From Candidatus Rokuibacteriota bacterium (GTDB lineage: Bacteria; Methylomirabilota; Methylomirabilia; Rokubacteriales; DASRDR01), in assembly GCA_044866005.1 (NCBI GenBank), contig JBIOTN010000070.1, forward strand, positions 1 to 48,052: a DNA stretch of 48,052 nt, given 5' to 3'. The notes beneath the pieces were generated by a model that was not told the DNA's origin, made no database searches, and worked only from the letters and a program-made list of their open reading frames with translations. Of this stretch, positions 33,763 through 42,166 are shown one piece after another. The translations under genes were made by a program, and so were the position numbers. Within the stretch, counting starts at the first letter, position 1, and each line of letters opens with the position of its first letter.

Positions 33763-35130
33763 GTGGAGGCCCCCGTCCACCCCCATCGCCACGCGGAGAT
33801 GATCTGGGATCCGCCGATCGAGTGTCTGCCGAGGCCCGCGCTGGAGCGCCTGCAGCTCGAGCGGCTGCGGGGGACGCTCCGATGGTGCGCCGACCGCGTG
33901 CCGTTCTACCGGAAGGCCCTGGAGGCAGCGGGCGTCGTGCCGGAGGCGACGCGGGACCTCGCCGACGTCGAGCGGTTGCCGTTCACGCGGAAGAGCGACC
34001 TCCGCGAGCAGTATCCCTTCGGGCTCTTCGCCGTGCCGCCGGCGGAGGTGCGCCGCATCCACGCCTCCTCGGGGACCAAGGGCAAGCCGACGGTCGTCGG
34101 CTACACGGCGCGCGATCTCATGACGTGGAGCGCCTGCATGGCGCGCGGCCTCGCCGCCGCCGGCGCGGCCCAGGGTGACCTCGTCCACAACGCCTACGGC
34201 TACGGGCTCTTCACGGGAGGCCTCGGCTTCCACTACGGGGCCGAGCGGCTGGGCTGCGCCGTGGTCCCGGCCTCGGGCGGCAACACGCAGCGCCAGATCC
34301 TGCTCCTCCAGGACTTCCGGCCGCGGGGCCTGGCCTGCACGCCGTCGTTCGCGCTTCACCTCGGCGAGGCGTTGCGGGAAGCGGGGGTCGACGGCCCGAG
34401 CCTCGGCCTGCGGTACGGGCTCTTCGGCGCCGAGCCGTGGACCGAGGCCATGCGCGGGGAGATCGAGAGCCGGCTCGGCCTTCGCGCCGTCGACTTCTAC
34501 GGGCTGTCGGAGGTGATCGGGCCGGGCGTCGCGGCCGAATGCGCCGAGGCGCGCGAGGGCCTCCACGTCAACGAGGATCACTTCCTCGTCGAGGTGGTCG
34601 ACCCGGCGAGCGGCGCGCCGCTCCCGCCGGGGCAGGGCGGGGAGCTCTGCTTCACGAGCCTCACCAAGGAGGCCTTCCCGGTGATCCGGTATCGGACCGG
34701 GGACCTCTCCGCCCTGACCCGCGAACCCTGCCGGTGCGGCCGGACGCTGGCGCGGATGGCGCGGGTAAAGGGCCGGACCGACGACATGCTGGTGATCCGC
34801 GGGGTGAACGTCTACCCCTCGGAGATCGAGGCCGTGCTCCTGACGGTGCCCGAGCTCGCGCCCCACTACCAGCTCGTCGTGGACCGCAGCGGGGCGATGG
34901 CCCGCCTGGAAGTGCAGGTCGAGCTGGCCGAGCCGGTGGTCCGGGCGTGGGGCGGGTTCCGACCCGACCGGCCCGAGCTCCTCGCCGTGCGCGCGACCGT
35001 GGCCGAGCGGCTGCGGGCGCGCCTGGCGCTGGCGACGGAGGTCGCGCTGGTCGCGCCGCGCGCGGTCCCGCGGAGCGAGGGCAAGGCGGTGCGCGTCCTC
35101 GAGACCCCCCAGGCAAGGAGGCCGGAATGA
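33763..35130 (+). CDS. paaK: Phenylacetate--CoA ligase family protein
   Basis: HASSGTKGKP, YGYGLFTGGLG, GAEPW, YGLSE, RYRTGD, GRTDDM..IRGVNV, GKAVR. Start 33763 or 33799. Confidence 0.9.
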   Translation: MEAPVHPHRHAEMIWDPPIECLPRPALERLQLERLRGTLRWCADRVPFYRKALEAAGVVPEATRDLADVERLPFTRKSDLREQYPFGLFAVPPAEVRRIHASSGTKGKPTVVGYTARDLMTWSACMARGLAAAGAAQGDLVHNAYGYGLFTGGLGFHYGAERLGCAVVPASGGNTQRQILLLQDFRPRGLACTPSFALHLGEALREAGVDGPSLGLRYGLFGAEPWTEAMRGEIESRLGLRAVDFYGLSEVIGPGVAAECAEAREGLHVNEDHFLVEVVDPASGAPLPPGQGGELCFTSLTKEAFPVIRYRTGDLSALTREPCRCGRTLARMARVKGRTDDMLVIRGVNVYPSEIEAVLLTVPELAPHYQLVVDRSGAMARLEVQVELAEPVVRAWGGFRPDRPELLAVRATVAERLRARLALATEVALVAPRAVPRSEGKAVRVLETPQARRPE

Positions 35131-35963
35131 GCGAGCCGGAGCGAGAGAAGCACGAGCGGCTGCTCGCGAAGATCGCGGCGGGCGAGAAGATCCAGTCGGC
35201 CGACGAGATGAGCGAGGTCTACCGCGAGAATCTCGTCCACCTCATGACCATGCAGGCCGACTCGGAGCTGGCCGGCGCCTACGGGTACGTCCCGTGGATC
35301 ATGAAGGCCCCGAGCGTCGAGGAGAAGCTCGTCGTCGCGCAGATCGTCAAGGACGAGACCCGGCACGCCAAGGTCATGTACGACCTCCTCGCCGACCTCG
35401 GCTTCGACGTCCCGGGGCACGTGCGCCCGCACGACGCGGCGTTCGCCCAGCGCATCGGCGACTCCGAGGCCGACATCGGGACGGCGCGGCTTCTCAGCGA
35501 CAAGCGGGTCAACATCTTCTACTATCCGATCGACACGTGGGCGGACTTCGTGATGTTCAACTTCTGCATGGACCGCGGCGCCGGCCACCAGCTCGAGGAC
35601 GCCCGCCGGTGCTCGTACGGCCCCTGGGTGCGCGCCATCGAGGGGATCTTCAAGGAAGAGAAGATGCACGTCCGCCACGGCGAGCTGTGGGTGCGGCGGC
35701 TGGCCGAGGATCCCGCGGCGCGCGACGAGGCCGGGCGGACCTTCCACAAGTGGTACATCCGCACCATGAACATCTTCGGGCGCCCGGGCAGCGCCAAGAA
35801 CCGGCTCTACCGCCAGCTCGGCCTCAAGGGCCGGGACAACGACGAGGTGCGGCAGGCCTTCTCCCAGGAAGTCCGCGGGCTGATCGAGCCGCTCGGCTGG
35901 CAGCTTCCGGAGTGGAAGCCGAACTGGGAGCGCCTCCCGGAGGAGGCCCAGATCCCGGGCTGA
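35127..35963 (+). CDS. PaaA/BoxB-like ferritin-fold diiron aromatic-CoA epoxidase subunit
   Basis: QADSELAG, KDETRH, CSYGPW, KEEKMH (two ExxH motifs); AAGGAGG RBS and ATGA overlap. Confidence 0.8.
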   Translation: MSEPEREKHERLLAKIAAGEKIQSADEMSEVYRENLVHLMTMQADSELAGAYGYVPWIMKAPSVEEKLVVAQIVKDETRHAKVMYDLLADLGFDVPGHVRPHDAAFAQRIGDSEADIGTARLLSDKRVNIFYYPIDTWADFVMFNFCMDRGAGHQLEDARRCSYGPWVRAIEGIFKEEKMHVRHGELWVRRLAEDPAARDEAGRTFHKWYIRTMNIFGRPGSAKNRLYRQLGLKGRDNDEVRQAFSQEVRGLIEPLGWQLPEWKPNWERLPEEAQIPG

Positions 35964-36170
35964 GCCGCGCGCCGGCGGCGGGCGGGCCACGCGGCCCGCG
36001 ACGCCGGAGGAGAGCCCGGCCCAGCATCCCAAACCCGGCCTCGGTTGCCCGGGCCGGTGGCAGTCCCGCTGCAGCGTCCGATAAGGGGGATTCTGTCAAG
36101 TGCCCGGGGCCCGCGGCCCATCGAGGCGTCGGGAGCGAGCGCGCGGGACGCGCGGCCCGGAGGGACGGCC

Positions 36171-36812
36171 TCAGGCGCTGGCGCCGAGGGCGGCGAGGCG
36201 GCTCCGTACCTCGCCGGCCCGCGGCAGGTCGGGCACGTCGTGCAAGAGGCGGCGGTAGGTCTCGATCGCCCCGGCCTGGTCGGACTGGAGCTCCTGGGCG
36301 CGCGCGACCCCGAGGAGCAGCTCCACGTAGAGGAAGTCCTTCGGCGCCCGGCCCGTCAGCGCCTGGCGATACGCCGCGAGGGCTTGGCCGGGGTCGCCCT
36401 TGGCCTCCCAGACGTAGCCGAGCCCGAGGCGGCTGAGCGCGCCGATCGTCCCGCTCTGACGGCGCGCGGCTTCCTCGAAGGCCGCCCGGGCCGCGTCGAA
36501 GTCACGGCGCTCGTACGCGAGGTTCCCGAGCATGTACGAGGCTTGCGCGGCGGATCGGGACCGTGGGTGATCGGCGAGGAAGCGGCGGAGGGCGGTCGTC
36601 GCCGTGGTGAGCTGGCCGGCGTCACGACCCGCCATGGCCTGGCGGTAGGTCGCGCTGGCGGCGGTGAAGGCACGACCCGCCGCCGCCTCGCCCTGCTGAA
36701 GGATCGCCCACACCGCGCTGCCAGCGACGACCGCGACCAGGAGGCCGCCGACCCCGAGCATGCCCCAACGCGCCGCCGGCGGCAGGCCGGCCAGGCGACC
36801 CCAGCCGGTCAC
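36171..36812 (-). CDS. Membrane-anchored TPR protein (YfgM-like)
   Basis: N-terminal TM followed by TPR-like helices (ASYMLGN, LGLGYVWE..G....A...Y). Confidence 0.75.
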   Translation of the reverse strand: MTGWGRLAGLPPAARWGMLGVGGLLVAVVAGSAVWAILQQGEAAAGRAFTAASATYRQAMAGRDAGQLTTATTALRRFLADHPRSRSAAQASYMLGNLAYERRDFDAARAAFEEAARRQSGTIGALSRLGLGYVWEAKGDPGQALAAYRQALTGRAPKDFLYVELLLGVARAQELQSDQAGAIETYRRLLHDVPDLPRAGEVRSRLAALGASA

Positions 36813-37657
36813 TCGAGCTTGCGGACCTCCTCCGCGCGGATCCAGCCGACGATCCCGTCCGCGGCCCGCACCTTCACCCAGTAGCCGCCGTCGTAGACGA
36901 GCCGGTTGAAGATGCGCAGGCGGCGGTCGATCGAGTCCAGGTACGTGACCTGTTGCCCGCGCGCTACCGTGCCGACCGGGTCGCCGGCTTCCAGCGCGTC
37001 GCGATAGAGGGGCGCCTCGCCCACGATGACCTCGAGCCGGCCCCCCGGGGGCGCCGGAGGGGTCGCGTCCGGAGGCAGGCTCGCCACCGCCGGCGCCGGG
37101 CGCGACGGCGTGGCGCTCGGCTCGACGGGCGCGGAAGGTCGCGGCGGCGCGGACGGGACCGGCGCGACACCCTGGTAGAGGCTGACCGGCGGAAGGCCCG
37201 CGAACGAGGCCGACGGGCCGGACTGCGAGGCCGCCGCGGGTGTCGCCGTCGCCACGGACACCGGCTTGGCGACCACGAAGACCGGGACTATGGGCGCGGC
37301 CGTGACGGCCGGCGACGCGGGCGGCTCAGCGGTCGAGCCGGGCGCGAAGTCGTCCGCTCGGAACCAGCGGAGCTCGTCGGTCTGGATCGCCAGCTCCCCG
37401 AGGGAGGTCCGCGCCTTCACGTGGCCGCCCACGACCGTGCCGCGCACGGTGCGGCCGTCCTTGAGCCGGATCTCTCCCGGGCTCAGGAGGCCGACCTGCT
37501 CGGACGTCACCTCGATCAGGCCGGCCCCCGTCGAGACGACCAGGACCTCGTTCGTCAGGTCGCCCTGGAGGCGACTGCCGTTCTTCAGGATGATCTCCCC
37601 CGCCGTCGCCGACCCGGCGAGGGCGAGCACGAGCGACAGAACCCCGACCCCTCTCAT
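36809..37657 (-). CDS. Secreted protein with repeated beta motif, Pro/Ala linker and C-terminal SH3-like domain
   Basis: Signal peptide; IILKNGSRLQG/IRLKDGRTVRG repeat; WVKVRAADGIVGWI. Confidence 0.7.
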   Translation of the reverse strand: MRGVGVLSLVLALAGSATAGEIILKNGSRLQGDLTNEVLVVSTGAGLIEVTSEQVGLLSPGEIRLKDGRTVRGTVVGGHVKARTSLGELAIQTDELRWFRADDFAPGSTAEPPASPAVTAAPIVPVFVVAKPVSVATATPAAASQSGPSASFAGLPPVSLYQGVAPVPSAPPRPSAPVEPSATPSRPAPAVASLPPDATPPAPPGGRLEVIVGEAPLYRDALEAGDPVGTVARGQQVTYLDSIDRRLRIFNRLVYDGGYWVKVRAADGIVGWIRAEEVRKLE

Positions 37658-38091
37658 GACGCTCCGCTGACCTCCAGCTTCGGCTTCGCCCCCCGCTCGA
37701 CGACGATTTCCCCCTTCACCGAGGCGCCGTCAGCGGCCGCGAAGCTCCCGGTCTTCAAGTTTCCCGTCAGGACACCCTGCGGCAGGATCTCCACCCGCCC
37801 CACGGCGTGGAGGTTGCCGCGCACCTTGCCCCCCACGACGATCGTCGTCGCGGTGATGTCGGCGTCCACCTCGGCGTGATCCCCGACCAGCACCGTCCCG
37901 TGCACGTTGATCACGCCTTCGAACCGACCCGCGAGCTCGAGGTCCCCTTCACCGGCGATCTCGCCCTTGATGGCGAGCTTGTCCCCGACCCGAAACGCGG
38001 TCGGCGAGAGCGCCGGGTGCCGCGGCGCCGAGGAGAGGTCATCGTCCTCACCGGGGTCGAAGCCGAAGAACCGTTGGATTCCCTTAAGCAA
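37654..38091 (-). CDS. Bactofilin (polymer-forming cytoskeletal protein)
   Basis: IKGEI.GEGDLELAGRFEG.I, V.GKVRGN, V.GEI beta-helix repeats; TTG start with GGAGGGGG RBS. Confidence 0.88.
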   Translation of the reverse strand: MLKGIQRFFGFDPGEDDDLSSAPRHPALSPTAFRVGDKLAIKGEIAGEGDLELAGRFEGVINVHGTVLVGDHAEVDADITATTIVVGGKVRGNLHAVGRVEILPQGVLTGNLKTGSFAAADGASVKGEIVVERGAKPKLEVSGAS

Positions 38092-38127
38092 TCAACCCCC
38101 TCCCCTGGCGCCGCCCGCAGACGCCTT

Positions 38128-38156
38128 ACTCTACCCACAGGTCGCGAGACTGTCAA
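38128..38156 (-). promoter_or_regulatory. Sigma70-type promoter for the bactofilin operon
   Basis: TTGACA-17 nt-TAGAGT on the minus strand; a mirror TTGACA at 38183 faces the divergent ORF. Confidence 0.65.
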
Positions 38157-38250
38157 GAAACTGGCCGCTCGCGCTTCTTTCCTTGACAGCCGCGCCCCTC
38201 GTGGCCGAAAGTGGGGCGATTCATCCGCGGAACCCTGAGGAGGTGGACGC

Positions 38251-38568
38251 GTGAACTGCCCTTCCTGTGGCGCTCCGGTGGTCTGCGGGGCGTGCGGCAC
38301 GGCGATCGAGGAGGCGGCGAAGGTCCGTGAGGTCCAGCTCGAGGACCTGGTGAATCAGAAGACCCCGCCGCGGCAGTCACCGGGCGAGGTGCCCCCTCGC
38401 ACGTTCCTCATCGTCGCCCGGGGCCACGGCGACTTGCTGGACCGGCTCAAGAACGTGGTCGGCGACCTCGGCTGGGTGCGGCTGATGGAGGACCGGCGAG
38501 ACGACCCGACGATCCTGCCACGAGAGGGCCGGCAGGGCACGGTTCACGTCGACCGCGACAGGACGTAG
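38251..38568 (+). CDS. Small protein with N-terminal CxxC-x5-CxxC zinc ribbon
   Basis: MNCPSCGAPVVCGACG; GAGGAGG RBS. Confidence 0.7.
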   Translation: MNCPSCGAPVVCGACGTAIEEAAKVREVQLEDLVNQKTPPRQSPGEVPPRTFLIVARGHGDLLDRLKNVVGDLGWVRLMEDRRDDPTILPREGRQGTVHVDRDRT

Positions 38569-38668
38569 GACCGCCGGGGCTCCGCGCGTCCCGCCCGGCG
38601 CCCGGGGCGGACCGCGCGATCAGGGGGGCCAGCTCAGGGCAGGACGTGCCCGGCGTGGATCCGGGCGA

Positions 38669-39178
38669 TCAGGCGGCCTTCCCCCCGTTCGAGCGTCGCC
38701 GGCGCTCCACCCGCTCCTGACAGCGGACGCAGCGCTCGACCTCGGGCAAGGCCTCGAGCCGCGCCGCGCTCACCGGCTCCCCGCAGTCCACGCACCGACC
38801 GTACTCCCCCGCGCCGATCCGCCGGAGCGCCGCCTGGATCCGCACGATCCGCTCGGCGAGCCGCTCGCGCGTCGCGAAGCCGAGCTCCTGGGCCTGGTTG
38901 CGGTGGATGTGGTCGGTCTCGTCGAAGACCGAGTCGCCGCCGGCCGACTCGGGCGACGCCTCGAGCGCCGCGGAGCCCCCCGCATGCTGGAGGCGGCTCG
39001 TCGCCCTGGCCAGCTCTTGCTCGAGCCGCTGGCGGAAGGCGTCCAGTCGCTCGCCGACCGGGGCGGCGGGCAGGTCGGCGGAGAGCGCGAGCGAGGCGGC
39101 ACGCGGGCCGTCGCCGGGACGCGCCCGAGCCACGGGCCCCCGCCGGGCGCGAGCACGGCTCCCGGGCCGGGGCTTCAC
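38669..39178 (-). CDS. TraR/DksA C4 zinc-finger protein
   Basis: DETD coiled-coil tip, YGRCVDCGEPV...RLEALP....CVRCQ. Start uncertain; the track start at 39295 lies upstream of the predicted promoter. Confidence 0.82.
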   Translation of the reverse strand: MKPRPGSRARARRGPVARARPGDGPRAASLALSADLPAAPVGERLDAFRQRLEQELARATSRLQHAGGSAALEASPESAGGDSVFDETDHIHRNQAQELGFATRERLAERIVRIQAALRRIGAGEYGRCVDCGEPVSAARLEALPEVERCVRCQERVERRRRSNGGKAA

Positions 39179-39248
39179 GGGGGGAGTCGCGATCTCGGGC
39201 GGTTTCGCACGGTCCCGGCGCCGCGGCGAGGTCACGGCGGACGGGGGC

Positions 39249-39264
39249 TGCAAGGCGGATGCCG
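39249..39264 (-). promoter_or_regulatory. Sigma54-type -24/-12 motif facing dksA/traR
   Basis: CGGCATCCGCCTTGCA (GG-N10-GC). Confidence 0.6.
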
Positions 39265-39289
39265 GGGGCGGCCGCGGGGCGCGGCGCGG

Positions 39290-39305
39290 CGGCATCCAGC
39301 CTGCA
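39290..39305 (+). promoter_or_regulatory. Sigma54-type -24/-12 motif facing yihY
   Basis: CGGCATCCAGCCTGCA (GG-N10-GC). Confidence 0.55.
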
Positions 39306-39339
39306 TTGCACGCAGGGTGTGGCGCAGCCGTCCGCCCGC

Positions 39340-40275
39340 ATGCCGGTCGTCCCGTCCCGGGTGCCGCCGGGCATGTCTCCGTGGAACCTCGGCGGCCTCT
39401 CCCCGCTCGAGCTCGCGCGCCGCGTCTGGGACGAGATCTGGGAAGACGAGATCCTCGACCGCGGGGCCGCTCTCTCCTACTACTTCCTCTTCGCGCTCTT
39501 CCCGACCCTGCTCTTCTTGACCGCGCTGCTGGGCCTCCTGCCCGGGCCCCGCCTGATGGACCAGTTCATGGACTACGCGGCCGCCGTGCTGCCGCCCGAC
39601 GTGGCCTCGCTCCTGGAGAAGACGCTCGGCGAGGTCATCAAAGGCGCGAGCGGGGGGCTGCTGTCGATCGGCATGGTCGCCGCGCTGTGGGCGGCGGCCA
39701 GCGGGATGGGCTCCATCATGACCGCCCTCAACGTCGCCTACGACGTGACCGACTCGCGGCCCTGGTGGAAGAAGCGCCTGCTGGCGCTCGGGCTCACCGT
39801 GGTCTTCTCCGCCTTCCTGCTCACCGGGCTCGTGCTCCTGGTCTTCGGCGAGCGGATCGGCCGCTGGCTCGCCGAGTGGATCGGCCTCGGCGCCGCGTTC
39901 ACGATCACGTGGGGCATCCTCCGCTGGCCCGCGGTCATCCTCTTCGCGCTGACCGGCATCACGCTCGTCTACTACCTGGCGCCCGCCGTGCGGCAGCGCT
40001 GGTACTGGGTGACGCCGGGCTCGGCCTTCGCGCTCGCGGGGTGGCTGCTCATGTCCTTCGGGCTCCGCCTCTACGTCGCGTACTTCGGAAACTACAACGC
40101 CACCTACGGCTCGATCGCGGGCGTCATCCTGCTGATGCTGTGGCTCTACCTCACGGGGGTCATCCTGCTGCTGGGGGCGGAGATCAACACCGAGATCGAG
40201 CAGGCGGTGTCCGCCGCGGGCGCCCGCGAGGCCCGCGGCCGGGGCGCCCGGCGGCTCCAGCCGCCCGCCGCCTGA
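39340..40275 (+). CDS. YihY/BrkB family membrane protein
   Basis: AALSYYFLFALFP, ALN.AY, PGS, YNATYGSIAGVI..MLWLY, LLGAEIN. Start 39340 or 39373. Confidence 0.92.
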   Translation: MPVVPSRVPPGMSPWNLGGLSPLELARRVWDEIWEDEILDRGAALSYYFLFALFPTLLFLTALLGLLPGPRLMDQFMDYAAAVLPPDVASLLEKTLGEVIKGASGGLLSIGMVAALWAAASGMGSIMTALNVAYDVTDSRPWWKKRLLALGLTVVFSAFLLTGLVLLVFGERIGRWLAEWIGLGAAFTITWGILRWPAVILFALTGITLVYYLAPAVRQRWYWVTPGSAFALAGWLLMSFGLRLYVAYFGNYNATYGSIAGVILLMLWLYLTGVILLLGAEINTEIEQAVSAAGAREARGRGARRLQPPAA

Positions 40276-40434
40276 GCGTCCCGGATGCCGGGGGTCGGGG
40301 CCGTGCCGATCGGCGCGGGTCGATCTGGCCTTGCCGGAGGTCGCTCGTGACGTGGGCTGACCTCGGATCGCGCGCGCCGGGACGGGTGCGTCCGACGATG
40401 TCCCGGGATGCGGCCCCGGCGCCGCCCCGCGCCG

Positions 40435-41112
40435 CTACTGGGTCAGGGCGCTGAAGCGCTGATAGCTGACGCCGTTGTCGGCACAGGTCGCCCCCGCCGT
40501 GGGAGTGACGAGCCGCGTGCCGGCCGGCAACGGCGCCGACGCCAGGACCACCACGCCCGAGACGATCCGCGTCGCGCCCCCGGTCGGGTTCACGAACATG
40601 AGGCTCTGGGCCGGGAAGGCGCCCGGCGTCGCCGCGCAGTTCCGCGTCAGCGACACCAGGACCGAGCCACCGGAGAGCGCGATCGCGACGTCGTCGGCCG
40701 CGATGGCGGTCGCTGCGCCGGTGGGGGCCGCGGAGGTCGTCGCGACGGCCGGCGCCGTGGCGGCGGTCGCGCCGGTCGTGGTCGGGGTGGTTCCCGGAGG
40801 CGCCACGGTGGCCGCCCCCGTGCCGAGGGGCGCGGTCTGCGGCGTCGTGGCGCCGAAGGTCGTCATGGAGGTCGCCGTCCCGGCGGTCGTGGGAGCCGCG
40901 ACGGTCACGGCCCCGGAGGCGGCCACCGCCTGGGAGCCCGCCACGAGGTCGGTCACCGGGATCAGGAACTCGAACTGGGTCCCGACGGCCGGCGACAGGA
41001 TTTGATCCCCGGCGGTCGGCGTCTGCGCGACGCCAGGCGGCACGGCGGACGGTGCAAGAAACCCGAGGACGAGCACGACGGCAACGCTCACGATCCGATG
41101 GGTGCTGGGCAT
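40435..41112 (-). CDS. Secreted Thr/Ala-rich protein with a two-Cys C-terminal domain
   Basis: GGAGGAGG RBS, signal peptide, low-complexity T/A tract. Confidence 0.7.
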   Translation of the reverse strand: MPSTHRIVSVAVVLVLGFLAPSAVPPGVAQTPTAGDQILSPAVGTQFEFLIPVTDLVAGSQAVAASGAVTVAAPTTAGTATSMTTFGATTPQTAPLGTGAATVAPPGTTPTTTGATAATAPAVATTSAAPTGAATAIAADDVAIALSGGSVLVSLTRNCAATPGAFPAQSLMFVNPTGGATRIVSGVVVLASAPLPAGTRLVTPTAGATCADNGVSYQRFSALTQ

Positions 41113-41152
41113 GTGCTCCCTCCTCCCCCGCGTGGGGTACCCGGGCGGAAGG

Positions 41153-41168
41153 TGCAAAGGTGATACCG
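41153..41168 (-). promoter_or_regulatory. Sigma54-type -24/-12 motif
   Basis: CGGTATCACCTTTGCA. Confidence 0.6.
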
Positions 41169-41195
41169 GCGAGCGCACCCGCGGCGGGCCCTCAG

Positions 41196-41211
41196 CGGCA
41201 TTCGCTTTGCA
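41196..41211 (+). promoter_or_regulatory. Sigma54-type -24/-12 motif
   Basis: CGGCATTCGCTTTGCA. Confidence 0.65.
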
Positions 41212-41290
41212 CTGTCGGCCGACCCCACTGCCGTGGGAGGCCGTCCTCGTGGGCGGAGGCAGACCAGCCCGAGCAGAGGAGTGAGCGAGG

Positions 41291-41482
41291 ATGGCCGACG
41301 AGAAGCGTCACGAGCCGAAGCAGGATGAGAGGCGCGAGCAGCGCCCGCAGGAGCCGCGCCGGCCGGCGGAACCGCCGCGTAAGCGGGGCGACGAGCAACA
41401 CGGCCGGCGAGAGCAGCCGAAGCCGGACGAGCCACGACGCGAGCACGAGCAGGAGCCGATGCGCTCCGAACCGCGGCGCTGA
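41291..41482 (+). CDS. 63-aa highly charged, likely disordered protein
   Basis: Own promoter motif, purine-rich RBS and terminator; EPRR occurs three times. Confidence 0.6.
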   Translation: MADEKRHEPKQDERREQRPQEPRRPAEPPRKRGDEQHGRREQPKPDEPRREHEQEPMRSEPRR

Positions 41483-41502
41483 GGCGGTCCCCGTAACTGG
41501 AG

Positions 41503-41548
41503 CGGCCCGGGCCCAGCGGAGCGCTGGGACCCCGGGCCGTCTCTCTTT
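41503..41548 (+). terminator. Intrinsic terminator-like hairpin
   Basis: cggcccggg-cccagcg-gag-cgctggg..ccgggccg followed by tctctcttt. Confidence 0.6.
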
Positions 41549-41591
41549 CCCGGATCATCCACCCGCGCGCGAGGCGCGCCGACGCGCCCCG

Positions 41592-42005
41592 CTACTCGAC
41601 CGCCAGGTCCGAGCCCTCGCGCGGCCGGAGCAATGCCTGCCGGCGCTGCTCCTCCTCCAGCGGGCGGTTCGAGATCCCGACGGCCCGCCGGCCGGGGGAC
41701 CGGCCCTCCCCGCGATCGTGCCGGTCGTAACCTTCGAGCTTCACGAGCTTGTTGTAGACGCCGATGATCAACCAGGTCGGCACCCACTGGGCGATGAAGT
41801 TCCCCCACGTGCCCCGGCCGGCGAGCTGGAGCAGCAGCGAGACGCCCATGGCGCCGACCGCCACGCCCAGGTACCCCGTGGACGGGATGCCGGCGGTGTA
41901 GCGCTCGATGGTCTTCGTGACCGCGTCTTCTCTCGGCGCGGGCGGCGGGCCGACGACCTGCTCCGCCCGCCGCGCGATGCGCTCGGCCTGACCTTCCAGA
42001 ACCAT
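41592..42005 (-). CDS. Small two-TM conserved hypothetical protein
   Basis: AGGAGG RBS; TKTIERYTAGIPS...FIAQWVPT.LIIGVYNKLVK. Confidence 0.75.
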   Translation of the reverse strand: MVLEGQAERIARRAEQVVGPPPAPREDAVTKTIERYTAGIPSTGYLGVAVGAMGVSLLLQLAGRGTWGNFIAQWVPTWLIIGVYNKLVKLEGYDRHDRGEGRSPGRRAVGISNRPLEEEQRRQALLRPREGSDLAVE

Positions 42006-42053
42006 GCGTGGACCTCCTGGAGCGGGCGGTAGCCGCCCTGGAGCGTCCGGCGG

Positions 42054-42069
42054 TGCAAAGCCGGGGCCG
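42054..42069 (-). promoter_or_regulatory. Sigma54-type -24/-12 motif
   Basis: CGGCCCCGGCTTTGCA. Confidence 0.5.
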
Positions 42070-42166
42070 AGCGGGGGCCGCGCGGGTGCGGCGCGAGTCG
42101 GCCCTGGCACGCGGCCCCGGGATCGGGTATCGTCGGCGTCGTCCGACCACGCTCCGTCCGGACGCG

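Noticed and set aside
36043..36099. Minus-strand TTGACA followed by cttatc...gggactg...ggcaacc, resembling the 5' half of a SAM-I riboswitch
   Set aside because: It lacks AGAG/GAGGGA, the GGUGC segment and the closing GAUAAG; there is no -10 and no downstream gene on that strand
42105..42120. TGGCACG as a sixth sigma54 promoter facing the Cys-rich gene
   Set aside because: The -24 box is good but there is no GC at -12
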